Origin: Candidatus Saccharimonadales bacterium | Lineage (GTDB): Bacteria > Patescibacteriota > Saccharimonadia > Saccharimonadales > OMJO01 | Assembly (NCBI GenBank): GCA_035480035.1 | Contig: DATIID010000001.1 | Coordinates: forward strand, 457,323 to 521,322 | Length of the DNA: 64,000 nt | Reading direction: 5' to 3' | Shown: one piece after another, positions 1 through 8,374 of the stretch | Position numbering within the stretch: the stretch's first letter is position 1 | Layout: each line of letters opens with the position of its first letter | Program-made: the position numbers and the translations under genes | The notes under the pieces: model-generated | The model's database searches: none | What the model saw: only the letters and a program-made list of their open reading frames with translations | What the model was told of the DNA's origin: nothing

Positions 1-917
1 GGGCAACTCAACAGAATTTACCTGTTGTAATGGTTGGTGGTGGCAGCAATATATTCTGGAATGACAGTGGCTATAACGGTTTGGTCTTAATCAACCGAAT
101 TATGGGTTTTGAGATCTTTAAAGAGGACGACTTAAATGCCTTCGTTACGGTTGGCGCTGGCGAAGATTGGGACAGTGTAGTTAAGCGAGTCGTTGAAGCC
201 GGTTACGGCGGTATTCAAGAACTGTCTCTGATACCCGGTACGGCTGGTGCGACACCAATCCAAAATGTCGGCGCTTATGGCCGCGAAATGTCTGAAGTTT
301 TAGTTACAATTGAAGCCTTTGACCGGCAAACCGACCAATTAGTTAATTTGCGTGCTTCTGAATGTGAGTTTAGCTATCGTAGTAGCCGTTTTAAAACAAC
401 CGACAAGGGTCGATTCTTCATATCTGCCATAACTTTCTTAGCTACCAAAACCCCGCCCTTGCCGCCTTTTTATGGTGCTGTGGAGACATATTTCAAGGAG
501 CATCACATAACTGAATTTACACCATCTACCATTCGCAAGGCAGTAATCGCAATTCGTTCGGCCAAGTTACCCGACCCAGTTAAAGTCGCTAATAATGGTT
601 CATTTTTTCATAACCCGATTATTGCGGCTGATTTATTCCGACAATTGGTTGATGATTACCCTAATATGGTCTATTGGCATCAAGATGATGGCACCGTTAA
701 ATTATCTGCCGCTTGGCTAGTTGATCATGCCGGCTTCCGAAACTTTCATGATGAGGCACTTGGTTTTGGCACCTGGGTCAATCAATCACTAGTGATTGTC
801 AACGAGAATTCTACCAAAACAGCTGATTTGTTAGCTTTCAAGCAGCAAATCGTCGACACGGTTAAAGACAAATTCGGCGTGACCTTAAATCAAGAACCGG
901 AATTAATTGAATCATGA
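1..917 (+). CDS. murB: UDP-N-acetylenolpyruvoylglucosamine reductase MurB, 5' end cut by window edge
   Basis: The frame is open from nt 3 (..ATQQNLPVVMVGGGSNIFW). It has the GGGSN motif, YRSSRFK and a MurB C-terminal domain, and ends in TGA within an ATGA overlap with the next ORF. Confidence 0.85.
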   Translation, partial: ATQQNLPVVMVGGGSNIFWNDSGYNGLVLINRIMGFEIFKEDDLNAFVTVGAGEDWDSVVKRVVEAGYGGIQELSLIPGTAGATPIQNVGAYGREMSEVLVTIEAFDRQTDQLVNLRASECEFSYRSSRFKTTDKGRFFISAITFLATKTPPLPPFYGAVETYFKEHHITEFTPSTIRKAVIAIRSAKLPDPVKVANNGSFFHNPIIAADLFRQLVDDYPNMVYWHQDDGTVKLSAAWLVDHAGFRNFHDEALGFGTWVNQSLVIVNENSTKTADLLAFKQQIVDTVKDKFGVTLNQEPELIES

Positions 918-1309
918 CCACTGCGGGTTATTCAGGTAAACCGCTTGATCAAAAACTTGGCTTCAAACCGGGTGATGAGGTGTTTGTGCTCATTACACCT
1001 GACTGGTATTCGGATTTTGCGGACAAAATCGGTTTTGAAATAACGCCTGATTTGCCGGCAAACAACGCGCATATTTTTTGTGAAAAATTATCAGAACTGA
1101 CGGAGTTTCTTAAAGACTATAATCTTAATGACATTGATAAATCGCTGTGGGTTAGTTGGCCCAAAAAAGCCAGTGGCATTAAAACCGACTTAACTGAGCA
1201 GAGTTTTCGAGACGCTATTTTGCCATTAGGTTGGGTCGATATTAAGGTTGCCGCCATTGACGATACTTGGTCAGGTCTTAAATTCACCAGACGTAAAAAA
1301 TTAACTTAA
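914..1309 (+). CDS. DUF3052-like hypothetical protein
   Basis: The N-terminus AGYSGKPLDQKLGFKPGDEV resembles the DUF3052 family start as I remember it. It is translationally coupled to murB by a 4-nt overlap. Confidence 0.55.
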   Translation: MTTAGYSGKPLDQKLGFKPGDEVFVLITPDWYSDFADKIGFEITPDLPANNAHIFCEKLSELTEFLKDYNLNDIDKSLWVSWPKKASGIKTDLTEQSFRDAILPLGWVDIKVAAIDDTWSGLKFTRRKKLT

Positions 1310-2565
1310 TTTGGCAGTGGGAAATTTTTAGTAAATTCTTGTATAGTTTTACTTAACTTGTTTAGTGATTTTTCATCATCTTTGTGAGTAATTGCCATGT
1401 CAATCCAATCCGCAATTTGTTCCATCTCAGTTTCTTTCATGCCACGGGTTGTCAGCGCCGGAGTGCCTAAACGGATGCCGCTCGGGTCAAATGGTTTTCT
1501 GGGATCAAATGGTACGGTGTTCTTATTAACCGTAATGCCAGCTTGGCCCAGGGCGGTTTCAGCTTCTTGGCCGGTTACTTTTTTATTGGTTAAATCAATT
1601 AACAGTAGGTGGTTGTCGGTACCACCAGTAACTAAACCGTAGTTTTTGTCGTTTAATTTTTCGGCCAGACGTTTGGCATTTTTAACAATTTGCTCAGCGT
1701 AGGTTTTAAAGGATGGTTGAGCAGCTTCAAATAAAGCTATGGCAATTGCCGCAGTTTGATGATTATGTGGACCACCTTGCAGGCCTGGGATTATTGCCCG
1801 ATCGATTAGAGTGGGCAGATTTTCGCGACTACGCTCAACCGCCCTTAAAGGCGCTGATGGTTGTCCATTACACAAAATCATTGCTCCACGTGGACCCCGT
1901 AATGTCTTGTGAGTAGTAGTGGTTATGACGTCAGCAATGCCGACTGGGGATGGATGGACACCGCCGACCACCAAGCCAGCAATGTGCGAAATATCGGCCA
2001 CTAACCAAGCATTATTTAGATCAGCAATCTGGCGTAGTTTGGCCCAGTCAAAAATTCGTGGATACGCTGTCGCACCTACAAAAATCAGTTTTGGCTGTTC
2101 TTTCTCAACCATGTTAGCCATTTCGTCATAATCTAGATAGCCATCCTTGCCGGTATGGTATTGGACAGAGTTATATAATGTACCGGAAAAATTAACCTTA
2201 AGGCCATGTGTCATATGGCCGCCAAAATAAAGGTGCATGCCCATGACGGTGTCACCCGGATCGACCAGTGCAAAATACACAGCTAAATTAGCTGGTGAGC
2301 CAGAGTAAGGTTGGACGTTAGCATGGTCTACGCCAAATAGTAACTTGGCGCGCTCGCGTGCTAGATCTTCAACCTTATCGACATATTCACAACCACCGTA
2401 GTAACGTTTGCCGGGATACCCTTCGGAATACTTATCAGTCAGCCGTGAACCGAGCGCTTTTAGTACCTCGCCAGAGGTGTGATTTTCGCTTGGAATCATC
2501 TCCAGACCCTGGCTTTGACGCTTGGTTTCCAATTTGATTAAATCTTCAATCGCTTTATCCTGCAT
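1306..2565 (-). CDS. glyA: serine hydroxymethyltransferase
   Basis: It aligns end-to-end with SHMT (LEMIPSENHTS, PLP-lysine region TTTTHKTLRGPRG). The longest ORF starts at TTG 2610; ATG 2565 (MQDKAIEDLI) or ATG 2589 are more likely. Confidence 0.93.
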   Translation of the reverse strand: MQDKAIEDLIKLETKRQSQGLEMIPSENHTSGEVLKALGSRLTDKYSEGYPGKRYYGGCEYVDKVEDLARERAKLLFGVDHANVQPYSGSPANLAVYFALVDPGDTVMGMHLYFGGHMTHGLKVNFSGTLYNSVQYHTGKDGYLDYDEMANMVEKEQPKLIFVGATAYPRIFDWAKLRQIADLNNAWLVADISHIAGLVVGGVHPSPVGIADVITTTTHKTLRGPRGAMILCNGQPSAPLRAVERSRENLPTLIDRAIIPGLQGGPHNHQTAAIAIALFEAAQPSFKTYAEQIVKNAKRLAEKLNDKNYGLVTGGTDNHLLLIDLTNKKVTGQEAETALGQAGITVNKNTVPFDPRKPFDPSGIRLGTPALTTRGMKETEMEQIADWIDMAITHKDDEKSLNKLSKTIQEFTKNFPLPN

Positions 2566-2621
2566 AACAGTATGTGTCCTTACAGCCATTCTAACAGTCA
2601 ATCTTATCAACCAAAAATATC

Positions 2622-2649
2622 TTGATACTTATACCTGTGGTGGTATACT
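2622..2649 (+). promoter_or_regulatory. candidate sigma70-type promoter of the HTH-murA gene
   Basis: TTGATA (2622-2627), 16-nt spacer, TATACT (2644-2649). The GTG start lies 10 nt downstream with no Shine-Dalgarno. Confidence 0.4.
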
Positions 2650-2659
2650 AAACAGCACT

Positions 2660-4183
2660 GTGTCGTCAACGAATGAAAAAATCGGTCACCTTATTTACCA
2701 GATACGACAAGAACGCGGTTTAACCCAAGCCGAGTTTGCCCGTAAGCTTAGTACCTCACAATCGGCTGTTAACCGCATCGAACACGGCAAACAAAACTTA
2801 TCACTTGAGACTCTGGGCCGCATCAGCGATGTTTTAAACAAAAAGATTATTAGTATTGGTGAAGGTGGCATTAACCTGCGTATTGAGGGTGGTCATGAGC
2901 TACATGGTGAGATTAGTGTTAAAACCAGTAAAAACGCCACTGTTGGACTACTTTGCGCTGCCCTTCTAAATCGGGGTACTACCCGCTTAAAAAATGTGCC
3001 GCGAATAGAAGAAGTTAACCGGATTATTGAGGTCTTAATAAGTATTGGTGTCCATGTACGATGGTTGGCCAATAACGACCTTGAAATTAAACCGCCGGCC
3101 GTTTTAGACCTTGACAGTATGAACAAAGAAGCCGCCCGTAAAACCCGAACTGTCATAATGTTTATTGGTCCGTTAATGCATCAATTTAATGAATTCAAGA
3201 TTCCCTACGCCGGTGGTTGCGAACTGGGACGGCGTACCGTTCTGCCACATCTTTACGCTCTTGAGGAATTCGGCGTTGACGTCCTAACTAAAAGCGGACA
3301 CTACAATATTACCGTCAACAAACATCCGGCTAAACGATCAATTGTACTTTATGAATCCGGCGACACCACTACCGAAAACGCGTTGATGGCCGCTGCCTGT
3401 ATTGACAGTGAAACAACAATTAAAATGGCGAGCGCCAATTACTCGGTCCAAGATGTTTGCTTTTTCCTTCAAAAACTTGGAGTGCGTATCGATGGAATCG
3501 GTACAACGACTCTAAAGGTTCATGGTGTTAAACGGATTAAGAAAAACGTGACTTACGCGCCTAGCGAAGATCCGGTCGAGGCGATGACCTTTATTGCGGC
3601 CGCCGTTACCACTAACTCCTCAATTACAGTCAAGCGTGTACCACTGGAGTTTACCGAACTAGAGTTACTTAAACTTGAGAAAATGGGCTTAAAATTCAAA
3701 GTTAGTAATAGCTACAAAGCTGAAAATGGCAAAACTGATCTTGTTGATGTCAAAATTTTCAAGCATGATGGCCAATTAATAGCGCCCATGGATAAAATTT
3801 ATGGTCGGCCTTTCCCCGGTCTAAATATTGATAATCTGCCTTATTTTGTACCGATTGCCGCCGTCGCTAAGGGACGCACCTTGATCCATGACTGGGTTTA
3901 TGAAGACCGAGCATTGATGTATACCGAAATGAAAAAAATTGGTGTGGATATTGAACTTGCTGATCCTCACCGGGCCTTTATTAGTGGTCCGACCCGTTGG
4001 CGAGCCGCAGACATTGTTAGTCCGAGCGGTATTCGACCAGCTGTTATGCTTCTAATCGGCATGCTGGCAGCTCCTGGTGAATCTATCCTTCGAAACGTTT
4101 ATACCATTAACCGTGGGTACGAAGACCTAGCGGCGCGTTTAGATAGTTTGGGCGCCAAGATTACAATTACCCACGATATCTAA
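2660..4183 (+). CDS. murA: XRE-type HTH domain fused to a UDP-N-acetylglucosamine 1-carboxyvinyltransferase (MurA/EPSP-synthase fold)
   Basis: The N-terminal ~65 aa form an HTH (GLTQAEFARKLSTSQSAVNRIEHGKQN). The rest is MurA-like, including the active-site loop GGCELGRRTVLPH. The ORF-track TTG start at 2522 runs antisense into glyA; GTG 2660 is the only plausible start before the HTH. Confidence 0.8.
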   Translation: MSSTNEKIGHLIYQIRQERGLTQAEFARKLSTSQSAVNRIEHGKQNLSLETLGRISDVLNKKIISIGEGGINLRIEGGHELHGEISVKTSKNATVGLLCAALLNRGTTRLKNVPRIEEVNRIIEVLISIGVHVRWLANNDLEIKPPAVLDLDSMNKEAARKTRTVIMFIGPLMHQFNEFKIPYAGGCELGRRTVLPHLYALEEFGVDVLTKSGHYNITVNKHPAKRSIVLYESGDTTTENALMAAACIDSETTIKMASANYSVQDVCFFLQKLGVRIDGIGTTTLKVHGVKRIKKNVTYAPSEDPVEAMTFIAAAVTTNSSITVKRVPLEFTELELLKLEKMGLKFKVSNSYKAENGKTDLVDVKIFKHDGQLIAPMDKIYGRPFPGLNIDNLPYFVPIAAVAKGRTLIHDWVYEDRALMYTEMKKIGVDIELADPHRAFISGPTRWRAADIVSPSGIRPAVMLLIGMLAAPGESILRNVYTINRGYEDLAARLDSLGAKITITHDI

Positions 4184-4186
4184 GTC

Positions 4187-5467
4187 TTAGACAGTTTGGC
4201 CGATACGTTCGGGCGAAATCCAAGTGCCGCGAACTAATTTGCGGTTAGCAATGAACTTGAAGTTGAATAGACAGCGAAACGCTGCAATCACCTGGATCGA
4301 AGTCATGACATAGAAAACTATGTACATCAGTGGTGCTAGCAAAGTCATACGAATTTTGCGGATTAAGGTCATGTGTTCATCACCCCAAAGGGCTAACAGT
4401 AGAAAGCCCGTCATAGTCGCCCACGCAATGATGAATAGAATTGGGTTGTGATACTTTAAAGCCAAGTAAATGAAGTATGTGAAGTAAATTGGTTCAAGTA
4501 GTAGTTGGAATTCGGCCCAAACCGCCATTGGTAAACGTACCCAAGATAGCATCTTGCTATATTTACGATGGCTGTTAAATAACATCTGACGGTTCTGATA
4601 AATGGCTTGTAGTCCACCAAACTTCCAACGATAACGTTGTTTTAACAGACTCTTGTATGTCGAAACCGGTTCGGTATAAACTAACACGTCACTGGCGTAA
4701 TGAATCCGGTTTTCCTTATTACCAAGCGATGCTAATGCCAAACTAAGAGCAATATCTTCAGTCTTCATAGACTCGTCGTAACCGCCAAGTTTATTCATGG
4801 CATCACGTGTGTACATCGCACCTGCCCCACCGACAATGTATTCACTGTTTGAGATATTGTTGAACTTCTTTGAACGAAAACCTCCCAAGAATTCAAACTG
4901 CTGCAATGTACCAAGTATCTTACCGTTATCCATAATTCGGACATTTGGCGACAAAGCGCTTGGTTCATCTTCGATAAAGTGACGAACAGCTCGTGAAATA
5001 GCATAGCGGTCAATCGTACAGTCGGAATCTAGTGTCATGATAATATCACCCCGAGCTTGACGTTTTAGGGCATGGTTTAACGCGCCGGCTTTGCCGCGAT
5101 TAACATGCATATTTAGCAAGCTAATGTTGCGGCTAGGGTGGGCACAAATATATTGCATCACAATTTGACGAGTATTATCGATTGAAGCATCATCGATAAC
5201 AACAATTTCAAATTTCCGGTAAGTACTAGCCAGTAAGCTGTCTAAACACCTTTTGATAACTACTTCCTCGTTGTGGGCCGGAACTAAAACCGTTACCAGT
5301 GGGCGTTTTCGATAAGCTCGACGGTGGGGGTGTTTGCGGCGCATTGACTGACGGCGAATTAAACGCATGTCATAGATGCTGGCACCAATCAATGACATAG
5401 TGCTGTAGGTTAGGCCAATTAAAACTGTCAGGCCAAATAGAATCAAAAGGAAGTTAATTGATACCAT
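4187..5467 (-). CDS. processive family-2 glycosyltransferase (PgaC/IcaA/cellulose/chitin-synthase-like), membrane-embedded
   Basis: It has an N-terminal TM and the motifs VIDDASIDNT, LDSDC, TEDIALS and QRYRWKFGG (the D, DxD, TED, QxxRW series), followed by a C-terminal multi-TM bundle. Confidence 0.8.
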   Translation of the reverse strand: MVSINFLLILFGLTVLIGLTYSTMSLIGASIYDMRLIRRQSMRRKHPHRRAYRKRPLVTVLVPAHNEEVVIKRCLDSLLASTYRKFEIVVIDDASIDNTRQIVMQYICAHPSRNISLLNMHVNRGKAGALNHALKRQARGDIIMTLDSDCTIDRYAISRAVRHFIEDEPSALSPNVRIMDNGKILGTLQQFEFLGGFRSKKFNNISNSEYIVGGAGAMYTRDAMNKLGGYDESMKTEDIALSLALASLGNKENRIHYASDVLVYTEPVSTYKSLLKQRYRWKFGGLQAIYQNRQMLFNSHRKYSKMLSWVRLPMAVWAEFQLLLEPIYFTYFIYLALKYHNPILFIIAWATMTGFLLLALWGDEHMTLIRKIRMTLLAPLMYIVFYVMTSIQVIAAFRCLFNFKFIANRKLVRGTWISPERIGQTV

Positions 5468-5469
5468 GT

Positions 5470-6051
5470 TTATTCTACCCTTATCAGATCAAATACAAAC
5501 AACCGGCGGTTTTGATACCAAGCACCCGAACAGGTCTGGACAGTTAAGATTGGTGGACCTTGGTAGTTAAAAAGACTTGTATCATCAGGCTTAACATCTG
5601 ATTCAGTACGGTAACTGTAGTAAAATTTATGGCCATTATCAGTATAAATAATGACAACGTCACCAGCTTTAATCTTTAGTAACTTACCGAATACCTTATG
5701 ATTGTTATGGCCATAAATAAAAGTGTTACCGCCGACGTTATTAGCCTGTGCAGTCATAACCGCATACTGGGCGTGGGTACCGCTTAAACTCCAGGTTCGT
5801 GTGGTTTCATTGTAATAACCCTTGTCAACTTGCAAATCAATAGCTTCAGCCGGAACAACAATTCGTGTCGGTATGCCTTGAATAGTTACTTTAGGAGCTG
5901 GCTTTGGCTTTGCGGGTGTTAAAGCCGCCACCTTAGTTTGTCCATTACTGCCCGTGTTATCAAACAAAGTGCCACCACTAAGAAGAAAGGTGCCGCTCAG
6001 AACGAGCAGCACCGGAGCAATAAAACGGATGTTTTGAATCCACCGCTTCAT
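5470..6051 (-). CDS. sortase-family transpeptidase
   Basis: It has a signal anchor, a catalytic His (FIYGHNNH), a TLxTC-type motif LTVQTCSG and a downstream Arg (NRRLFVF). A GAGGA SD sits 6-7 nt before the ATG. Confidence 0.8.
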   Translation of the reverse strand: MKRWIQNIRFIAPVLLVLSGTFLLSGGTLFDNTGSNGQTKVAALTPAKPKPAPKVTIQGIPTRIVVPAEAIDLQVDKGYYNETTRTWSLSGTHAQYAVMTAQANNVGGNTFIYGHNNHKVFGKLLKIKAGDVVIIYTDNGHKFYYSYRTESDVKPDDTSLFNYQGPPILTVQTCSGAWYQNRRLFVFDLIRVE

Positions 6052-6063
6052 ACTTTTCCTCGC

Positions 6064-6246
6064 TTACTTAGAAGCAGAACGACGACGGTAAACAGTAACC
6101 ATTACCTGGCTGAAAAGTGCAATCGCACCACCAGAAATAGCTATAACTGCACCGTAAGTAAGCCAAGTTCGGCCGCCGGTGTTAGGCAGTAAAGCAATAC
6201 CACCAACAGTTGTTGATGCACTAAGAACGTATCCGTTAGTGTTCAT
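6064..6246 (-). CDS. 60-aa protein consisting essentially only of an LPXTG sorting signal
   Basis: The sequence is MNTNGYVLSASTTVGGIAL-LPNTG-G, then a hydrophobic TM (WLTYGAVIAISGGAIALFSQVMVTV), then a basic tail YRRRSASK. A strong AGGAGG SD lies 4 nt upstream of the ATG, and the gene is 13 nt upstream of the sortase. Confidence 0.6.
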   Translation of the reverse strand: MNTNGYVLSASTTVGGIALLPNTGGRTWLTYGAVIAISGGAIALFSQVMVTVYRRRSASK

Positions 6247-6355
6247 AGGTCCTCCTAAGTTATTATTAGCGATGGATTTTTAAGGTCTTGTCATAGATGC
6301 CTCCACACGAGTGGTAGCTACCATGACAGGTTCCCCAAAAACTCTATCAAACAGG

Positions 6356-6384
6356 ATTATACATGACTTGTGACATTTTGTAAA
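6356..6384 (-). promoter_or_regulatory. near-consensus sigma70 promoter of the LPXTG-sortase-GT2 operon
   Basis: On the minus strand: TTTACA (6384-6379), 17-nt spacer, TATAAT (6361-6356). This predicts a ~100-nt 5' leader. Confidence 0.6.
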
Positions 6385-6489
6385 GTATCTTTTACTACAT
6401 ACTTAAGCATAACCTCTTTAATCTGTAATACTTGTGCTTAAAATTCCAAAATTTTTTGAAAAAATATATAGTTTTAATAAATTTGGGTT

Positions 6490-8256
6490 TTAGAGCGTAC
6501 TAGTTTTCAACTCATTTTGGAGTACTCCAACAGCCGGTTTGGGTTGAAAACTACTATCCCAGAGCAAATCATTACCATAATCTAACGGGTAAACATGCAG
6601 GTTTGTTGTTGAGCCGTACGCATCACTTATACCCCACGTCGTATATGATGTGCAGTTAGATGACACTAAACAGGCTTCCAGCACGGCCTGGTATTGTTGA
6701 GTTTGAGACGCCAAGTCATCACCGTAAGCATCGACTTCGGAAATTCTAACAGATAGCCCCATCTGAGCTAATTGGTGCATGTGACGGATAATCGTTACTT
6801 TATCTTCAAGATCACGAGATTCATGGATGTGCGACTCAAAACCGACGCCATCAAGTGGTACACCACGCTGTTTTAGCCCCTGAAGTAATTGGATCATAGC
6901 ATCCCAACGATCACCGTCTACCTCTAGTGCATAATCATTAATGTAGAGCTTGGCCGTCGGATCAACGGCATGAGCAGTTCTGAGTGCAATGTCGATATAA
7001 TTTGGGCCCATTGCCTGCCACCAGATATGGTGTCGAAGGCCGGTCTTGCCCAAGCCATAATCGGAATCATTATCTGATAACGGTTCGTTGATGACATCCC
7101 ATTCGGTAATTTTACCCTTAAAGTGATTAACGACTTGAGTGATGTGATCAATCATAACTTGTTGTCGTTTATCAAGTAGCGTATTTTGCATCCATTTGGG
7201 GTTAGCCTCACCAAAAACTAAGGTATGGCCGTGTACTCTGATGCCATTAGCAAGAGCGGTGTCTACTAACTGGTCGGCGTCATTAAAAGAGTAAGTGTTT
7301 GGCTGAGGATGTATGAATTGGGGTTTTAGATCATTTTCGGTAGTCCATGTGCTGAACTGATTAAGCGCTAATTCACGATAAGACTGATTTGTCATTAATG
7401 GATATAACGAAACAGCGGCGCCAATCGGCAAGCGTTTACTCAAAATATTCAGATCATTTGAACTGTGTTTTGATCCGTTCGATAGTGGTTTAGCTAAAGC
7501 AACTTGTCCATTATTTAACGACCCGGCGGTCAGCGATTTGATTGTCCAACCAGTGCTACCAACTGCGGCATCAGTACCAAACCAGATTTCACCACTATTA
7601 AAAATAGCTCGATCCTTCATTGTAGCAATGATATGATTTTTGGCTGAGATGATAATTCGATTAGATAGATGATTAATAAACAAGGTGTTATTGTTTGCTA
7701 TATTAATTGGATATGACTGCTGATAGACCGGTTGGTCGTCAGTCCCATCCCAGATGCTGATCTCTATTGAATTTGTTGATTGCTTGATCTCAACACTGGG
7801 TGTTTCATACCGCCATTCATCATAAATAACCGGTACTTGCCCATAAAGACGTAACGATCCAGTTGATGACGGAGCATTGTGGCTGACTAGTTGCATTCGG
7901 AAATCACCCCTAACCCTTAGATGCGTACCGGATACATTAACCGGTGGATTTAGTTGGTTATCACTACCGTCTTGATTCACTATCGCCCTGTCCAAAGGTG
8001 TTATTTTGACGCCTTCATTATTAAAACTGGCGCCAGCTACCTTGGACCAAGCTTGGTTTGCTAATAAATTAACTGATAATTCATCGGTACTATTTAAAAC
8101 CGTATTATTTAATTTTTCATTGAAACTGCGGTCATATAAAAACAGTCCGAAAGATGTACCAATAATTAGTATTACAGCCAACATAAGTAATAGCTTGTTT
8201 GACAATATCTTTATTACCCCTTTGCGCCGGGAAAATGCTAATGAATATACTTGCAT
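6490..8256 (-). CDS. membrane-anchored glycoside hydrolase family 10 (xylanase-fold) protein with an unknown N-terminal beta-rich domain
   Basis: The C-terminal half carries GH10 signatures: WDVINEPL (acid/base Glu), LYINDY, ISEVD (nucleophile Glu). There is an N-terminal signal anchor (LLLMLAVILIIGTSFGLFL). Confidence 0.75.
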   Translation of the reverse strand: MQVYSLAFSRRKGVIKILSNKLLLMLAVILIIGTSFGLFLYDRSFNEKLNNTVLNSTDELSVNLLANQAWSKVAGASFNNEGVKITPLDRAIVNQDGSDNQLNPPVNVSGTHLRVRGDFRMQLVSHNAPSSTGSLRLYGQVPVIYDEWRYETPSVEIKQSTNSIEISIWDGTDDQPVYQQSYPINIANNNTLFINHLSNRIIISAKNHIIATMKDRAIFNSGEIWFGTDAAVGSTGWTIKSLTAGSLNNGQVALAKPLSNGSKHSSNDLNILSKRLPIGAAVSLYPLMTNQSYRELALNQFSTWTTENDLKPQFIHPQPNTYSFNDADQLVDTALANGIRVHGHTLVFGEANPKWMQNTLLDKRQQVMIDHITQVVNHFKGKITEWDVINEPLSDNDSDYGLGKTGLRHHIWWQAMGPNYIDIALRTAHAVDPTAKLYINDYALEVDGDRWDAMIQLLQGLKQRGVPLDGVGFESHIHESRDLEDKVTIIRHMHQLAQMGLSVRISEVDAYGDDLASQTQQYQAVLEACLVSSNCTSYTTWGISDAYGSTTNLHVYPLDYGNDLLWDSSFQPKPAVGVLQNELKTSTL

Positions 8257-8374
8257 ATTTTGCTCAAGTAGTATATACTATAGCATAATCCAGATGGAGT
8301 CGAAGTGGCTTAACTAAGCTTTACTGATATGACATCTGTTAAAAGAAGTTAAGTGAGAAGGAAGTAACCAACTA

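Noticed and set aside
2522-2659. N-terminal extension of the HTH-murA ORF that looks like a TM helix (IALSCITVCVLTAILTVNLI)
   Set aside because: It starts at TTG and runs antisense through the glyA start region and the divergent promoter. XRE HTH domains do not need it, and the hydrophobicity is probably accidental.
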